64,000 nucleotides of DNA from Octopus bimaculoides (GCF_001194135.2 NC_068993.1:16524942-16588941), one strand, 5' to 3'. Counted from the stretch's first letter, positions 1 through 12,757 are shown. Numbers and translations are program-made. Notes: a model not told the origin generated them from the letters alone.

Positions 1-186
1 ATGTCCACTTTCCATGCTGGGATGGGTTGGACGATTTGACTGAGGACTGGCGAGCCAGAAGGTTGCTCCAGACTCCAATCTGATCTGGCAAAGTTCCTAC
101 AGCTGGATGCCCTTCCTAACGCCAACCACTCCGAGAGTGTAGTGGGTGCTTTTATGTGCCACCAGCATGAGGGCCAGTCAGGTGGT
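1..186 (-). mobile_element. SINE-like repeat family A (ATG-tailed), cut by window edge
   Basis: Reverse complement of the family A module ggttggcgttaggaagggcatccagctgtag...ccaacccatcccagcatggaaagtggac, also seen at 3830-4050 and 9625-9935. Confidence 0.8.
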
Positions 187-1099
187 TATATATATATATA
201 TATACATGTGTGTCTTTGTGTCTGTTTGTCGACTAACGACAACTTAACAACTGGTGTTGGTGTGTTTACATCCCCATAACTTAGTGGTTTGACAAAAGAG
301 ATCACTAGAATAAATACCAAGCTTTACAAAAAATATTAAGTGCTTGTGGTGATTTGTTTGACTAAAATTCTTCAAGATGGTGTCCCAGCATGGCCACAGT
401 CTGATGACTGAAACAAGCAAAAAATAGAAGGTAAAGCATAATCAGAGCATTTCGTCATAAATTTGATTACAAAAGGGTTTAACAATACCTTTTCTATATT
501 TATTAAACCACCCTCCCAAAAAACTGAACAAACCGAAGTTAACGTTACTCAATTGCTCAGTTCTCTTTTATGTAAATAAGTATCATGTCATGGTGCAACT
601 GTGAATATTTACTATATGAGACATCATTAGCTTAGCATATTGAAAACACTGCAGCGTATATCATGCTTTGATCCCTTAATGAACAAGAGATTTTCAGTGA
701 TATTCAAAGCAATAACATGTTATAGAACCTTAATTAGATGACATCGTTTCAACTCACCTTACTGTCCAGAAATAGGAATGAAAACCCCTAGATATTATTG
801 CAATAGACCAATGTGGTATCAAAGAGAATAATTTGTCTTCAGTGTGATTCATATTAATTAGACCAGATCTCTAAGCTCTGACACTTAGGGCTCCTTCAGG
901 TCTAAGCCAATATATATTTTATAAACATATACATGTCATACAGAGTATCTTCTATATGCACGCATGTACATGCACACACACATGCGTTATTGTAAAATGA
1001 GAGGAAACTATAAGATAGTTCAGTAACATCTTTTTAATGGTCTTATCATTTCTTCAATGTCTGTTGTGGAATGTATAGGTACCTAAAGATGGATGAAAA

Positions 1100-2240
1100 T
1101 ATATCCAAAGAGGGGCCCTTGTAACAAGGAATGCATAACCAGGGAATGGATAAAAAAAAAAGGATCTGTAGAAGTCTCTCTATACAATAAATCATTGACT
1201 CCCAATGTGTATGCCATTCCAGTATTTGTAATAACTTTTGGGTTAGTTGATTAAATAGGAGATGAGATTCAAGCCATTGGTGTTAAAACCTGTGAACTAT
1301 TAACACTGATATCTCTATATCAACAATGATATATCTCTAAAAGGAAAACTTGTAGAGGCTGAACATTGATTCAGAGAGCCTATGGATGTTGCGTTGTATC
1401 CTCTCAACAATATCTACTAATCACAAAGCGTCTAAGTGTATCTGTGAATCAAGTATGCATGCATGAGCTAAATAACATCATGAACTTTGGGAAAACACTC
1501 CATAGGAAGTATTTCTTGACTGATGACCTGCAGCACACTCCCAGGATATTTGCACAGCTCTAATACAAATTATCTGGTGGAAAGCTTTGTGCTTGTTAGC
1601 AGCAGGTCATGCATAGCTATGTCAGGAACCATATGAAGGACAATGACATAGATAACTAAAGTAATCGATCTTGGGCCAATGACTGTTATATTATCTCTCA
1701 TTTTGAAAGGTATGCTTTTACAATCCAGAGACAGGAAATAACATAATACCTGATCTACAAAAAAGATCAGAATATAGGTAAAACAACTTCATGTGACAAG
1801 AATATGTGGAATTGATGCCAAAGATTTCATCTACATCATAAAAGAGCTGTTCTAAAATTCCCTCCTGATACTAACTGCCATGAGACATGAGTTCATGGCC
1901 CAAGCAATATACAGTATATATATTCAATACATAGAAAGATAATCTTGAAGATAAAAATATAAGAAGTTACATTAATGTTGGGGTATACTCACTCATAATA
2001 TAAAAGAAAACTGGTGGAATGTTCCTGCCAAAACTTCTTGCCAACAATGTAAGCATTAAAAAAAACAGGCATGATGATTTGGGACAAAAAGAAAATTTTA
2101 ACAGTAGTGGGAATAAGTTGCCTAGCAGATATTAGCATAATGAAGACAAGTGAAAAAGAAAGTAACTGTCAAAACTAATGAGAAATCTACAATTATTACC
2201 CATACTTATTGAGGCACTTCACAAAACCAAAACAAACACA
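1100..2240 (+). mobile_element. Degraded 3' part of a non-LTR retrotransposon with restriction-like endonuclease (R4/Dong-like)
   Basis: Manual translation of 2009-2222 across frameshifts gives NWWNVPAKT...MMIWDKKKILTVVGISCLADISIMKTSEKE...MRNLQLL/PILIEAL. This fits the RLE pattern WxxP...PD-hh-WD...hE-h-C-P-x-D...EK...PIIIGAL. Upstream zinc-knuckle region (~1340-1430) is only weakly recognisable. Confidence 0.65.
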
Positions 2241-2599
2241 GCTAATTAAGAAATTGCAACAAGTCATTAAAATAACTGAAAATATCTAAAACCATCTAGA
2301 AATTTACACATATAAACATATGTATATGTGTACGCATTAGTCAAAACATGCAGAGCCATTGAATACTGATATATGTGTGAAGATACATATATGCACCCTT
2401 AGCAAATAAATAACTTTTTTATCATCATCTCACAACCATCTGCCTTTTGTTTTATGCATGTAACTATTCACCTATTTGTCTCTTCTTTAATATATTACTT
2501 TCACCCTTTCTCTCTAATTTCCACCTACCTTATCACATATACTACTAGTAAATCTGCTTCAAAATGTAGTTAATTAGCCACCCCCTCATCTATATAAAT

Positions 2600-2940
2600 C
2601 AGTGGTTCTCAACCATTTTTTATCTATGGACACCTTTGATTATTATTTTACTCTGGTAACCTCTCATAATCTCTCAGTGTTTAAAAACTAATTTTATTGA
2701 AATTTCTTTCAAAATTCCCATTCTTCTTTTCACACATCAACTTGTGTAAGTTGAACTAAGTAAAATGTTAGAGAAAGAAACCTAGTTGTTTCTTGTAATA
2801 AATACATCCAAAGTAACATTTTTTTTATGAACCCTTGATATACTACTGTGTGTACTCAATTTACTATTTTACTTGCGTGGAACCCCAAAAATCTTATATG
2901 GATCCCCAGGGGTCATGTGAACCCAGGTTGAGAACCACAT
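2600..2940 (+). mobile_element. hAT-like MITE, copy 1
   Basis: Terminal inverted repeats cagtggttctcaacc (2600) and ggttgagaaccac (2926-2938). Internal sequence shared with 8410-8756 and 46140-46412. No coding capacity. Confidence 0.75.
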
Positions 2941-3084
2941 TTATTTAAATTGTTGTCTCTATTGTCTTTCTAATCAAATACCCATTTCATATTTCTCACT
3001 AGCTGATCACTTCACTTGTGTCTCACCAGGTGATACATATCACCTGTCTTATCAAATATGGTTAGTCAACCGGTTAGAAAATCA

Positions 3085-3255
3085 TCATCAGATCAGATTT
3101 TGATGAAGCTTCATTGACAATGAACTTCCACTGATCCCTGTCTTCCATTGCTGATGGTAGCAGGTCAAGGCTGGTGTTAGTCATGTTTCAGCACCTGAAT
3201 GTGCATTGCTGTGAATCTTTTATACATTGTGTTAGTTCTTATAATAACACTCCAG
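3085..3255 (-). mobile_element. RTE-clade LINE 3' end fragment
   Basis: Minus strand reads ...LLPSAMEDRDQWKFIVNEASSKSD followed by a gatgatgat tail, matching the RTE C-terminal AMEDRxxW motif. Confidence 0.6.
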
Positions 3256-3829
3256 GAACATTAATTCATTTTTACTTCTCCAACCTGTAGTTGAGAAGCT
3301 TGCTTTGCATCCACATAGTTAGAGGTTCAGTCTCACTGCATAGCACTTTGGGTAAGTGTCTTCTTCAATAGTCATAGGCTGACTGATATCTTGAGAGTGG
3401 ATTTGGTAGATAGCAACTACAGAAACCCATCATCATATATATATGTATGTATGTGTGTGTATATATATAAAAGGGCTATAAAAGGTCTTTGTATATTTTT
3501 GTTGATTTTAATTATACCAGTATGTAATCCCTGATGAAGAATCTAATTTTTATTTCAAGGATCTTTTGTTTTTGCCTTTGGAATTAATGAGACTCCAAAA
3601 CAATTTTTAGAATATATATTGGTTCTGTACCAACCGGGATTATGAATTAAAGATCATCTATACCTACAATTTTTCCTTACCTTATACTTCATTTATATAT
3701 ATATATATAGGATCTTGGGATGCTAGGCCTCACTAAGGAAATGACAAAGAACTGGGGGATGTGGCAATTTGCTGTATTTATGACATGTCAAACTAAGGAA
3801 AATTGCTGTCTTCCACACATACAGGCTTG

Positions 3830-4050
3830 CACCTTTCAGGTGGTGGTGCCACTTAAAAAGCAGTCCTGCATAAATGTACTCATGCTGGTGGCATGTAGAA
3901 AGCTCACAGTACACCCTGCTAAGTGGTTGGCATTAAGAAGGGCATCCAACTACAGAGATCATGTCAGAACAGACAGTTGGAGTCTGGACAGCTCCATGTC
4001 AAATGGTCTAACCCATGCCAGCCTGGAGAGCAGACATTAAATGATGATGA
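3830..4050 (+). mobile_element. SINE-like repeat family A
   Basis: gtggttggcattaagaagggcatccaac...aacccatgccagcctggagagcagacattaaatgatgatgat tail. Confidence 0.75.
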
Positions 4051-4861
4051 TATATCTCTTTATATATGTCTCTTTATTTTTGTGTTTATTCCCACCACCA
4101 TCACTTGACAACTGGTGTTGGTTTGTTTACATCCTCATAACTTAGCAATTTGGCAAAAAAAAAGCAATAGAATAAGTGCCAGACTGGAGTTGATTTGTTC
4201 AACTAAAAATCCTTCAAAGCAATGCTCCAGCATGGCTGCAGTTCAATGACTGAAACAAGTAAAAGAGCAGAAAAGAAAACGATGAATGCAGACAGCACAC
4301 ATACAATTACGCACAAATACAAGTGAGTGTGTGAGTGTATAGAGAGTAAATGTATTGTTTTTCAGATACATTGTTGAGTCTTTCAGCTGTTTGGCCAATG
4401 GAACTACCTTTTTATTGATTTATAGTGTAACACTGAGGCTGTGGTAGAAGACACTTGCCCATTGTGCCATGGAATGTGGGTCAGACTTGGGCTACATGGT
4501 TGCAAAACTAACTTCTTAACAATTTAGCCATTTTTGTGTTCTGCATACACAGATATTGAGATACTCTGGTTCACATATATTGAAACATAGACAGACTTAC
4601 ACACACAAATACATCTACATGTGCACAAATACAGGCAGGCAGGCATACACATGATGATTATAGACAAACATGTATACACACACATGTATAATGTATTTAT
4701 AATGCATGTATATATTACAGTATCAATATCATAATTAAATTGTTCAGTTCACCTAGTATTGTGTGTGCATGTGTGTATTTGTATATATGCATATAATAGG
4801 TGTATATGTTATCAAGTTGTTCAGATCATAATCAAGTTCTTCAGATCTTTCAGTGTTATTG

Positions 4862-4892
<31 letters not shown>

Positions 4893-5319
4893 NNNNNNNN
4901 NNNNNNNNNNNNNNNNNNNNNNNNNNNNNNNNNNNNNNNNNNNNNNNNNNNNNNNNNNNNNNNNNNNNNNNNNNNNNNNNNNNNNNNNNNNNNNNNNNNN
5001 NNNNNNNNNNNNNNNNNNNNNNNNNNNNNNNNNNNNNNNNNNNNNNNNNNNNNNNNNNNNNNNNNNNNNNNNNNNNNNNNNNNNNNNNNNNNNNNNNNNN
5101 NNNNNNNNNNNNNATATATATATATATATATATATAAAAGACTCATATACACAGCATACATATGAAATATACATAATACCATCACCTACTAGTCTGGCTT
5201 ACAAGTTGCTGGTTGATTTAATTAAATGGTCTACATAATTAATAAATCATATGAATGTATGTAACAATTGACTTTCAATAGACCGGGAAACTCCTAATGG
5301 TGACAATGAGCAATTTACT

Positions 5320-5590
5320 GTGAGACTGATCATCAGCATTATTAACACTACAATCACCACCGCCGCCACCACCATTGAGATCAGAATTATTATCATCATT
5401 ATCTGTATCATTACCATCATTTTCACCACCATTATCGTCAGCATCATTATCATAATCATCATCATTATAAGAATCAATTTCAAGTCAGTATCATCAACAT
5501 CATCATTACTAACATCATTATCATCATTATCAGTAAATATCATTATTATCACCCTTGCTATCACTATCATCAAATTCATATCCACTTTTG
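5320..5590. repeat. Degenerate (ATC)n low-complexity tract
   Basis: Continuous catcat/attatc units. Similar tracts at ~12180-12372 and, reversed, ~19735-19900. Confidence 0.85.
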
Positions 5591-5653
5591 TGGGGGATAT
5601 ATGTTGGAGCAAGTAGGTGAGTAGACTACATTGCTTCCTTTCAAAACAACTCA

Positions 5654-5698
<45 letters not shown>

Positions 5699-5886
5699 TT
5701 TTATTTGTTTCATTCTATTGACTGTGGCCATGCTGGAGCATTGCCTTTAGTTGAGCAAATCGACCCCAGGTCTTATTCTTTGTAAGCCTAGTACTTATTC
5801 TATTGGTCTCTTTTGCCAAACCACTATGTTACAGGGATGTGAACACACCAACATCGGTTGTCAAGCGATGGTGGTGGTGGTGGCAG

Positions 5887-5893
5887 ACACACA

Positions 5894-5959
<66 letters not shown>

Positions 5960-5983
5960 TACATACATACATACATATATGTA

Positions 5984-6031
<48 letters not shown>

Positions 6032-6120
6032 AGTGTGCTGTTAACAGCCCTAATGTTGATGATAATAATAATAATAGTAAGAGTAGTAGTAGTAGTAGTA
6101 GTAGTAGTAATTATTATTTC
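5887..6120. repeat. Compound microsatellite (CA)n/(CATA)n/(TG)n/(TA)n followed by (TAA)n/(TAG)n
   Basis: Directly visible; lies at the internal microsatellite position of a family B SINE fragment (~5695-5900, minus strand). Confidence 0.9.
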
Positions 6121-7240
6121 TAAGGTAGACAGCCAGGAATTTGGCTGGGAGTGGTGATGATGGTGCTTAGTTGCTTAAACCAGTCCCAGTACTTGACAGG
6201 TAGTTTATTTCATTGACCATAGATGAAGGAAAGAAAGGCAAAGTTGACTTGTGTAGGGACATAATGAATCAAAAGAAATACCACAAGGCATTTTGTCCTT
6301 GGCTCTGATGATTCTGCCTACACACCATCCTGATGATGATACTGATGACAGTGATGACAATGATGAAAGTGGTGGTGATGGTGTTGGTGGTTGCTTTGAT
6401 ACAAGGCTAGCAGTTTTGGGGTGGGAGTGTTAGTTGATTAGGACTTGCATGATACTTTACCTTATCAAGGACGAAAAGCAGGATTTGTATTCACAGTAAG
6501 GGTGTCTTGCTTCATCTTAAAAGCACATACTTTGTCCTAGTAGATAGTTCACAAAATCAAACCCTTAGTATATGATGGATATTTTCATCAATCCTGTATT
6601 AACGAATAATAAGATCAACCCTTGTGAGATTTGGACTCAATTGTTAGCAGGACATAAATTATTGTGAGAGTTCTATTGTGATGCACTACCGTTTTTATTA
6701 CTCAATGTTTTTTCTGTAAAAAAATAATATTGATTTCTTACATTGGGACAAAGCCAGATATTTATAAGAGAGAATAATTGAAGTTGAATGAGTTGACCTT
6801 GATATTTGACTGGTACTATCATTGTACATGCCATTGGCATGAGGCCAAACTTTTATAAAAGATGTGTATCCTGGTAGTGTGTTTCAGTGCCATGGGTATT
6901 CCAGTTTCTGTGAGTTTCTTGGTATATTGTGTGTATCTTAGTTTTAGATACACTGTATCCCTAATAGTTGTAAAATGTTGGTGACAAAGAAGAAATCTGG
7001 CTATAGAACACTATCTCAGAAAATACATCTAACTTACGCAAGTATGGAAAAGCAAACATAAAATGAAGTAGTTGATTCCAGTACGTAACTGGTATTAGAA
7101 CTCTCAGTGCTATTGGCACAGGGCTGCTGGATAGGGTTACAAGTAACAGATTATGCAGGATGTAAAGGATTGTAATTAAACTCCACAAAGCATTTTATTT
7201 GATGCTCTATTGATTCTGCCATTCCACTACTATTACCACA

Positions 7241-7915
7241 TTAATAATGATAATCCTTCCTACTGCAGGCACAAGACTTGAAATTTTAGGAGATTACACA
7301 GTAACTTGTACTTACTTCATGACCCCAAAAGCATGAAAGACGAAGTTGACCTTGACAGAATTTAAAACCTAGTCAGGAGAAATACTGCAAAGCATTTTGT
7401 CTGGTGTGCTAACAATTCTGCCAGCTCACTGACTTAATAATAATAATAATCCTTTCTACTATAGGCACAAGGCTTGGAATTTTGGGGAAGATTAAGTTGA
7501 TTACATCAACCTCAGTATGTAACTGGTACTTATTTTTATCGCCATCAAAAAGATGAAAGGCAAATTTGACCTTGGTGGAATTTGAACTCAGAATGTAAAG
7601 ACATGAAATGCTGCTAAGCATTTTGCCCCGTGTGCTAACAATTCTACCAGCTCATCACCTTTATTGAAAGTAATAATAATAACAATAATTTCTTACATCC
7701 CTAGTCCTACTACCCAGGTCAGAAATTTTGGATTGATGGAACAGTGGATCATATCAATGCAGTACATGACTGGTACTTATTTTTTTTTTCAACCATGAAA
7801 GGATGAAAAGTAAAGTTGACTTTGGTGGGATTTGAACTCAGGAAGTAAAGAGCCAGAAAAAATACTGCTGGGCATTTTGTGTTTGATACTGTACCGATTC
7901 TACCAACCCACTTTC
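7241..7915 (-). mobile_element. Head-to-tail array of tRNA-derived SINE family F (three clear copies: ~7241-7428, 7437-7661, 7672-7915)
   Basis: On the plus strand each unit runs from a taataataat tail through actggtactt...atgaaagg/aagttgac...atttgaactcagaa to gctaacaattct(g/a)ccagctca, the reverse complement of a tRNA-like head. Confidence 0.8.
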
Positions 7916-8409
7916 TTCACTCTCTAGTAACAATAAAGATAATAATAATTTCTTAACCATGAAACGTGAGATTTTTACCATTTCAGCCAACTCACTGCTT
8001 CTCTGCTAATGAAAATAATTTCCTTGACCTGACACAAACCAATTTTATAGGGGAGAGTAGTTTAGTCAATACTTCGTAGGGGAGACTACATACTCAATAC
8101 AATCAATCACAATATACTACTATCACTTTATCTATTGACTTTTTGAAAGATAAAAAAAGCCAAATCAAATTTATGCAGTTTTTTTAGACTCAAAGCAATA
8201 AAGCATTGAACTTAATATAGCATAAAGCATCAAGTCTGGCACATGACTATGATTCGGTCCTCTTTAGTATGGAAGTCACTGTCTCATAATGTTTTGGATT
8301 CTAAACATGCCAGTATTTGACCAAATATAACTAGTCCAACTATTACCTTTTACTTGTTTCAGTCATTGGACTGCAACCATAATGGGACACTGCTTTGAAG
8401 GGTTTAATC

Positions 8410-8756
8410 CATTGGTTTTCAACCAGTGCCCATATGGCCCCTGAGGGTTCATATAAAATGTTTGGGAGCCCATGTAGCAAAATTGTGAATCGGGGATACA
8501 CAATAGTATTCTAAGGGCCCCTGGAAACATTTTACTTTAGATGTATGTATTGGTATGTATTGCAAGAAACAGCTAGGTTTCTTTCTCTGACATTTTACTT
8601 AGTTCAACCTACACAAGTGAATGTGTGGAAAACAAAATAGGAATTTTGAAGTTTCTATAAAATTTGTTTTTAACATTGATTGGTTATGGGGATCCACCAG
8701 AATAAAATATTAATCAAAGGGATCCATAGATAAAAAAAAATGGTGGAGAACCTCTA
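8410..8756 (-). mobile_element. hAT-like MITE, copy 2 (inverted relative to 2600-2940)
   Basis: Ends cattggttttcaacc and ggtggagaacc. Internal gaaacagctaggtttctttctctgacattttac is the reverse complement of 2761-2792. Confidence 0.75.
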
Positions 8757-9084
8757 TTTAGTCAAATAAATTGACCCCAATATTTTTAAAGTCTGGTACT
8801 TATTCCAGCAGTCTCTTTTGTCAAATTGTTAAGTTATGAGGATGTAAACAAACCAATGCTGGCTGTCAAGCAGTGGGGGAACATACACACACATTTATAT
8901 AGATGAGCTTCCTCACAGTTTCTCTTTCTAAATTCACTCACAAAGTATTGATTGGCTTGGGGCTATAATAGAAGACACTTGCTCAAAGTGCTGTGCAGTG
9001 GAACTGAACCTGAAACTACTTGTTTACAAATCAAGCTTCTTAACCACATAACCATGACTGTACATATAAGCAAGCACTATTAAC

Positions 9085-9148
9085 CATCATCGATAGGATT
9101 TGAACCTATGCAGGGAATCCACCGCCTTAACCACTTGACCACAATGAC
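9085..9148 (-). pseudogene. tRNA-Ser-like pseudogene lacking most of the anticodon arm
   Basis: Minus strand: gtcattgtggtcaagtggttaaggcggtgga|ttccctgcataggttcaaatcctatcgatgatgg. A box (tggtcaagtggttaaggc), B box (ggttcaaatcc) and acceptor stem gtcattg/cgatgat resemble eukaryotic tRNA-Ser; the anticodon loop is absent. Confidence 0.7.
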
Positions 9149-9624
9149 TCCCCAATTAATGCAAGTCTCCCACATGACAGGCAGGGATATCTTTTTAAAT
9201 ATATTTTTTATGGAATATCCATTTTATGCACTACACAGCATAAATCAAATCAGAAAACTGAAATTAATTTAAACATTACAAAGCCTCGCTGAATGTAAGA
9301 TAAGAATGTAAAACAGTTTTTCTATGATATTGATGTATGGGGGGGAAAGAGTAAGTCTCAAATGCATCATTTCACACTCTGTTGATCACTCCTCATAGAT
9401 GTTCTCATCTTCTTCCACCAATCAATAACATAGATCAGCTGTTGTTATATAAAGCAGTCTTAAATTTGGCTAGCATTGTAGTAGATAACCTAACTTACAT
9501 ATTTATGCTTTAGATGGCTGATCATTGAATAAACAAAAAATATTTCCCTCTGTCACACACAAACCATTCATCATCTGACACAAAATCACCCCATCCAAAT
9601 ATTCTTGCTGGTTTTGTAAAGTTA

Positions 9625-9935
9625 CTTGGTGACCCTGCCAGGGCAGGTGCCACTTGAATGGCATCTAGTCCACACTGTAAAGTCATTGGTATTTGGAAGG
9701 GCATCCAGCTGTAAAAACCATGCCAAAACTGACCTCACCTGTGCTAGTGCCACATAAAAAGCACTCAGCCCATTCTAGGTGGTGGCTGGTGTTAGGAAGG
9801 GTATCCAGCCATAAAAAGTGTGCCAAAACGGACATAGAAGTATGGCACAGGCTTCTGCCTGGCCAGCTCCTGTCAAACCGTCCAACCCATGCCAGCATGG
9901 AAGGAGGACGTTAAAGGATGATGATGATGATGAAC
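9625..9935 (+). mobile_element. SINE-like repeat family A with two internal modules
   Basis: The module gtgccac...ggaagggcatccagc...tgccaaaac occurs twice, then ccaacccatgccagcatggaaggaggacgttaaaggatgatgatgatgatga. Confidence 0.8.
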
Positions 9936-10139
9936 ACAACTTAAATCAGAACTAACTTTGTCAAGAGAAAAAGGGCAGCACCCGCAACCTTTTTCGACAG
10001 AATGGCAGAGGAAGCCATACTTGCAATGGAATTGATTCCACTAAAATGCATCTAAGGACCAGGTGATGGTGGTGTTAAACTGATCCACAGGAACAGTCCA
10101 TTGAAGTCCATTAAATAGGCTTCCACACAGTTTCTGCTT

Positions 10140-10640
10140 GGAGGATGCATAAAAAATGTAATTACTAAAATAAGAATAGGACGTAGAGAGTTCAGAGAAT
10201 TTTTATCTCTGTGGGCAACCAAAGGTCTCTCTCACTCACTCCCTCTCTCTCTGAGTGAAATGAAGATTGTATGATGCATGTGTATGGACTGCCATGCTAC
10301 ATGATAGTGAAGTGTGAACCCTGAATGCAGAAGAAATGCGAAGACTAGAGAGGAAAGAAGCTGGTATGCTCCACTGGTTGTGTAGTGTCAGGGTACACTT
10401 GTGACTAGTGCATCGAAAGAAAAACTAGGCATAAGAGGAATTAGATGCAATGTGCAAGAGAGAAGATTGTGCTAGTTTGATCATATGATGTGTATGAATG
10501 GACAGAACTTGTGGAAGAAGGAGACCCAAGAAGACATGGGACAGCCTTGAAAGCTGATCTCAAGACACTGGTGCATTGCAAAGGAGATGATAAAGGACAA
10601 TGATATCTGGCACCTTGCTTTAACTCAAGAAGATCTGTCC
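10140..10640 (+). mobile_element. RTE-clade LINE, degraded RT C-terminus
   Basis: Translation RLYDACVWTAMLHDSEV*TLNAEEMRRLERKEAGMLHWLC...KLGIRGIRCNVQERRL...GRRRPKKTW matches the RTE LLYGSETW/RLRWFGH/GRPKKTW region. Several stops and frameshifts. Confidence 0.8.
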
Positions 10641-11589
10641 ACCACAGCAGAATTGATATCCTAAAACCACCTTGATAATGCTTGTCTGTCAGGAGTTTTG
10701 TCCCCCCCCCTTCTCCATCCTCTCTACTCCATCAATCTTTCCCCCCATATTTAATCCCCTGATACCCATCATTTCTCTATTACCTGAAAGCAGAATAGTC
10801 ACATACTATATCCGCCCCCACTGGCTTTTTCAGTTACCTTTCCCCACCACCACAAGCCACTTTCATTTCTCATTGTCTTCCCCTGCCCACTGTCTCCATC
10901 AGTCACCTCCTTTCTCTGTCTTTTTTCCCCACCCTTTAGTACTGTTCTCTATCATTGATATCTTGCTTACCTGCTATCACCCTCATTGCCCTCACATATC
11001 TACCACAACCCCTACCTCCCTGAGTTTCTCCTATATTTCTCACCATAATTGACTACAGTCACCTCAATCCTCCCTGTTCACACAGTCCAAACTTCTATAT
11101 CACCTCACTTATTTTCCACTCCCAATGTCCCGACACATCTTTGCCAGCATCTCTGTCACTATTACTCTCTTTATCTTACTCTCTAACTCACTCTCCTTTT
11201 CCAACTGGGGTATTCATGTATCTGCTGTCCTTCTATCCTTTTGATCTCCCAATTAACGCACCCTTCAATAATACTCCTCCCCCCCAGTTGAGGGTTTTTT
11301 GTCTTGTAAGGTACTTGATGACCTTGTTGGTGCCAGTGTCTTGTAACAGTCACTGGTGCTGGTGCCACATACAATGTACCCAATATACTCTATAAAGTGA
11401 TTAGCATTAGGAAGGACATCCAACTGTAAAAAACATGACCAAAACAAACAATGGAATCTGGTGTGACTTCCAGCCTTGCCAGCATGGAAAATGGATGTTA
11501 TATGATGATGATGATGGTTTTGCTTAACCCAAGGCTATTGTAGAAGGCACTTACTTGATCAAGGTGATGTGCAGCAGGATCAGACCTAA

Positions 11590-11936
11590 GGGTAAAATGG
11601 TAAAGACCCTCTTTGGTCATGACTGACCATGGGATTGCACCTAGAAAGTTTCCCTCCAAGGCACAAGTCTGGGCAAGGTTATTTATGGAAGACTAGCAGT
11701 CACCCATGCATACCAGCCTCCTCTCTCCATGCCACCAATGTTGTCCAAGAGAAAAACAAAAGCTGATACAGCTTGGCACCAGTGATATTGCAACTCATTT
11801 CTACAGCTGAGTGAACTGGACCAACGTGAAATAGTGTCTTGCTCAAGATCACAACATACAGCCCAGTCCAGGAATCGAGCTCACTAACTCATGATTGTGA
11901 GCCCAACACTCTAATCACTGAACCATGTGCCTTCAC
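11590..11936 (-). mobile_element. tRNA-derived SINE (family D)
   Basis: Minus-strand head gtgaaggcacatggttcagtgattagagtgttgggctcacaatcatgagttagtgagctcgattcctggac with A and B boxes; same head type as 21751-22133 and 37678. Confidence 0.75.
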
Positions 11937-12721
11937 TATGTGATTGCAAAACGAATTCTTAATCACATAGACATGACTGTACCCTACACACCATTGTTAT
12001 CCAGTACATTAATACAGTATGATTACTCAAACCTTTTGAAGACCAGAATTTCGTATCATTCTGTCTACCATATCAAACAGCCACAGTTCTTTGTGTCTTG
12101 TTTTTATTTTCTTTCTTTGAATTTCATTTCAATAAATTTCCCGAAAAACACAAAATTAAACAGTATTTAATTTGTGGCACTATCATCATCGTTGATAACA
12201 TTGTCATCAACAACATCATCATCATCATCATTATCACCAATACCATAATCATCATTGTAATGAACATTGATAATATCTCATTGTCGTCATCATTCTTAAC
12301 ATCATTATCGCCATTGTCATCATTGATAACATCCTCATTAATATCATCAACATCCTTATCCTTATCATTACAAACTCGCACAGACAATTATCCTAACTTC
12401 AGTCATCTTTTCTCAGATTTCCTTCTTTTTTTTCCCATTTTTGTAGTGCCTTTTCTTCAGTTCTTCCCTGTCTAACCTCATCTTTCAATTCTCATTGCGT
12501 GAGTTTGTTTGTGTCTGTATTTTTGTTTAAATGTATTCATGTATATTTCTACATGTATCTATGTATGTATCCATGTAGTTCTATTTAAATATATTCATAC
12601 TTACATGCAAACATACATCATTGTATATATAATAGACATACACTATGTATGTATATGTACATACATATATATGTGTGTATGTGTGTGCAAGTGTGTATAT
12701 CTTTGTGTGTGGATGTATGTG

Positions 12722-12757
<36 letters not shown>

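Noticed and set aside
4759-6157. Long ORFs rich in YI/HT/CV/I/M runs (also 12098-12820, 20089-21045, 49088-49720, 54760-55109)
   Set aside because: Translations of microsatellites, (ATC)n tracts and N gaps; no coding signal.
8402-8764. 8-bp target-site duplications for the hAT-like MITEs
   Set aside because: Flanks (gtttaatc vs tttagtca) match only if shifted; not claimed.
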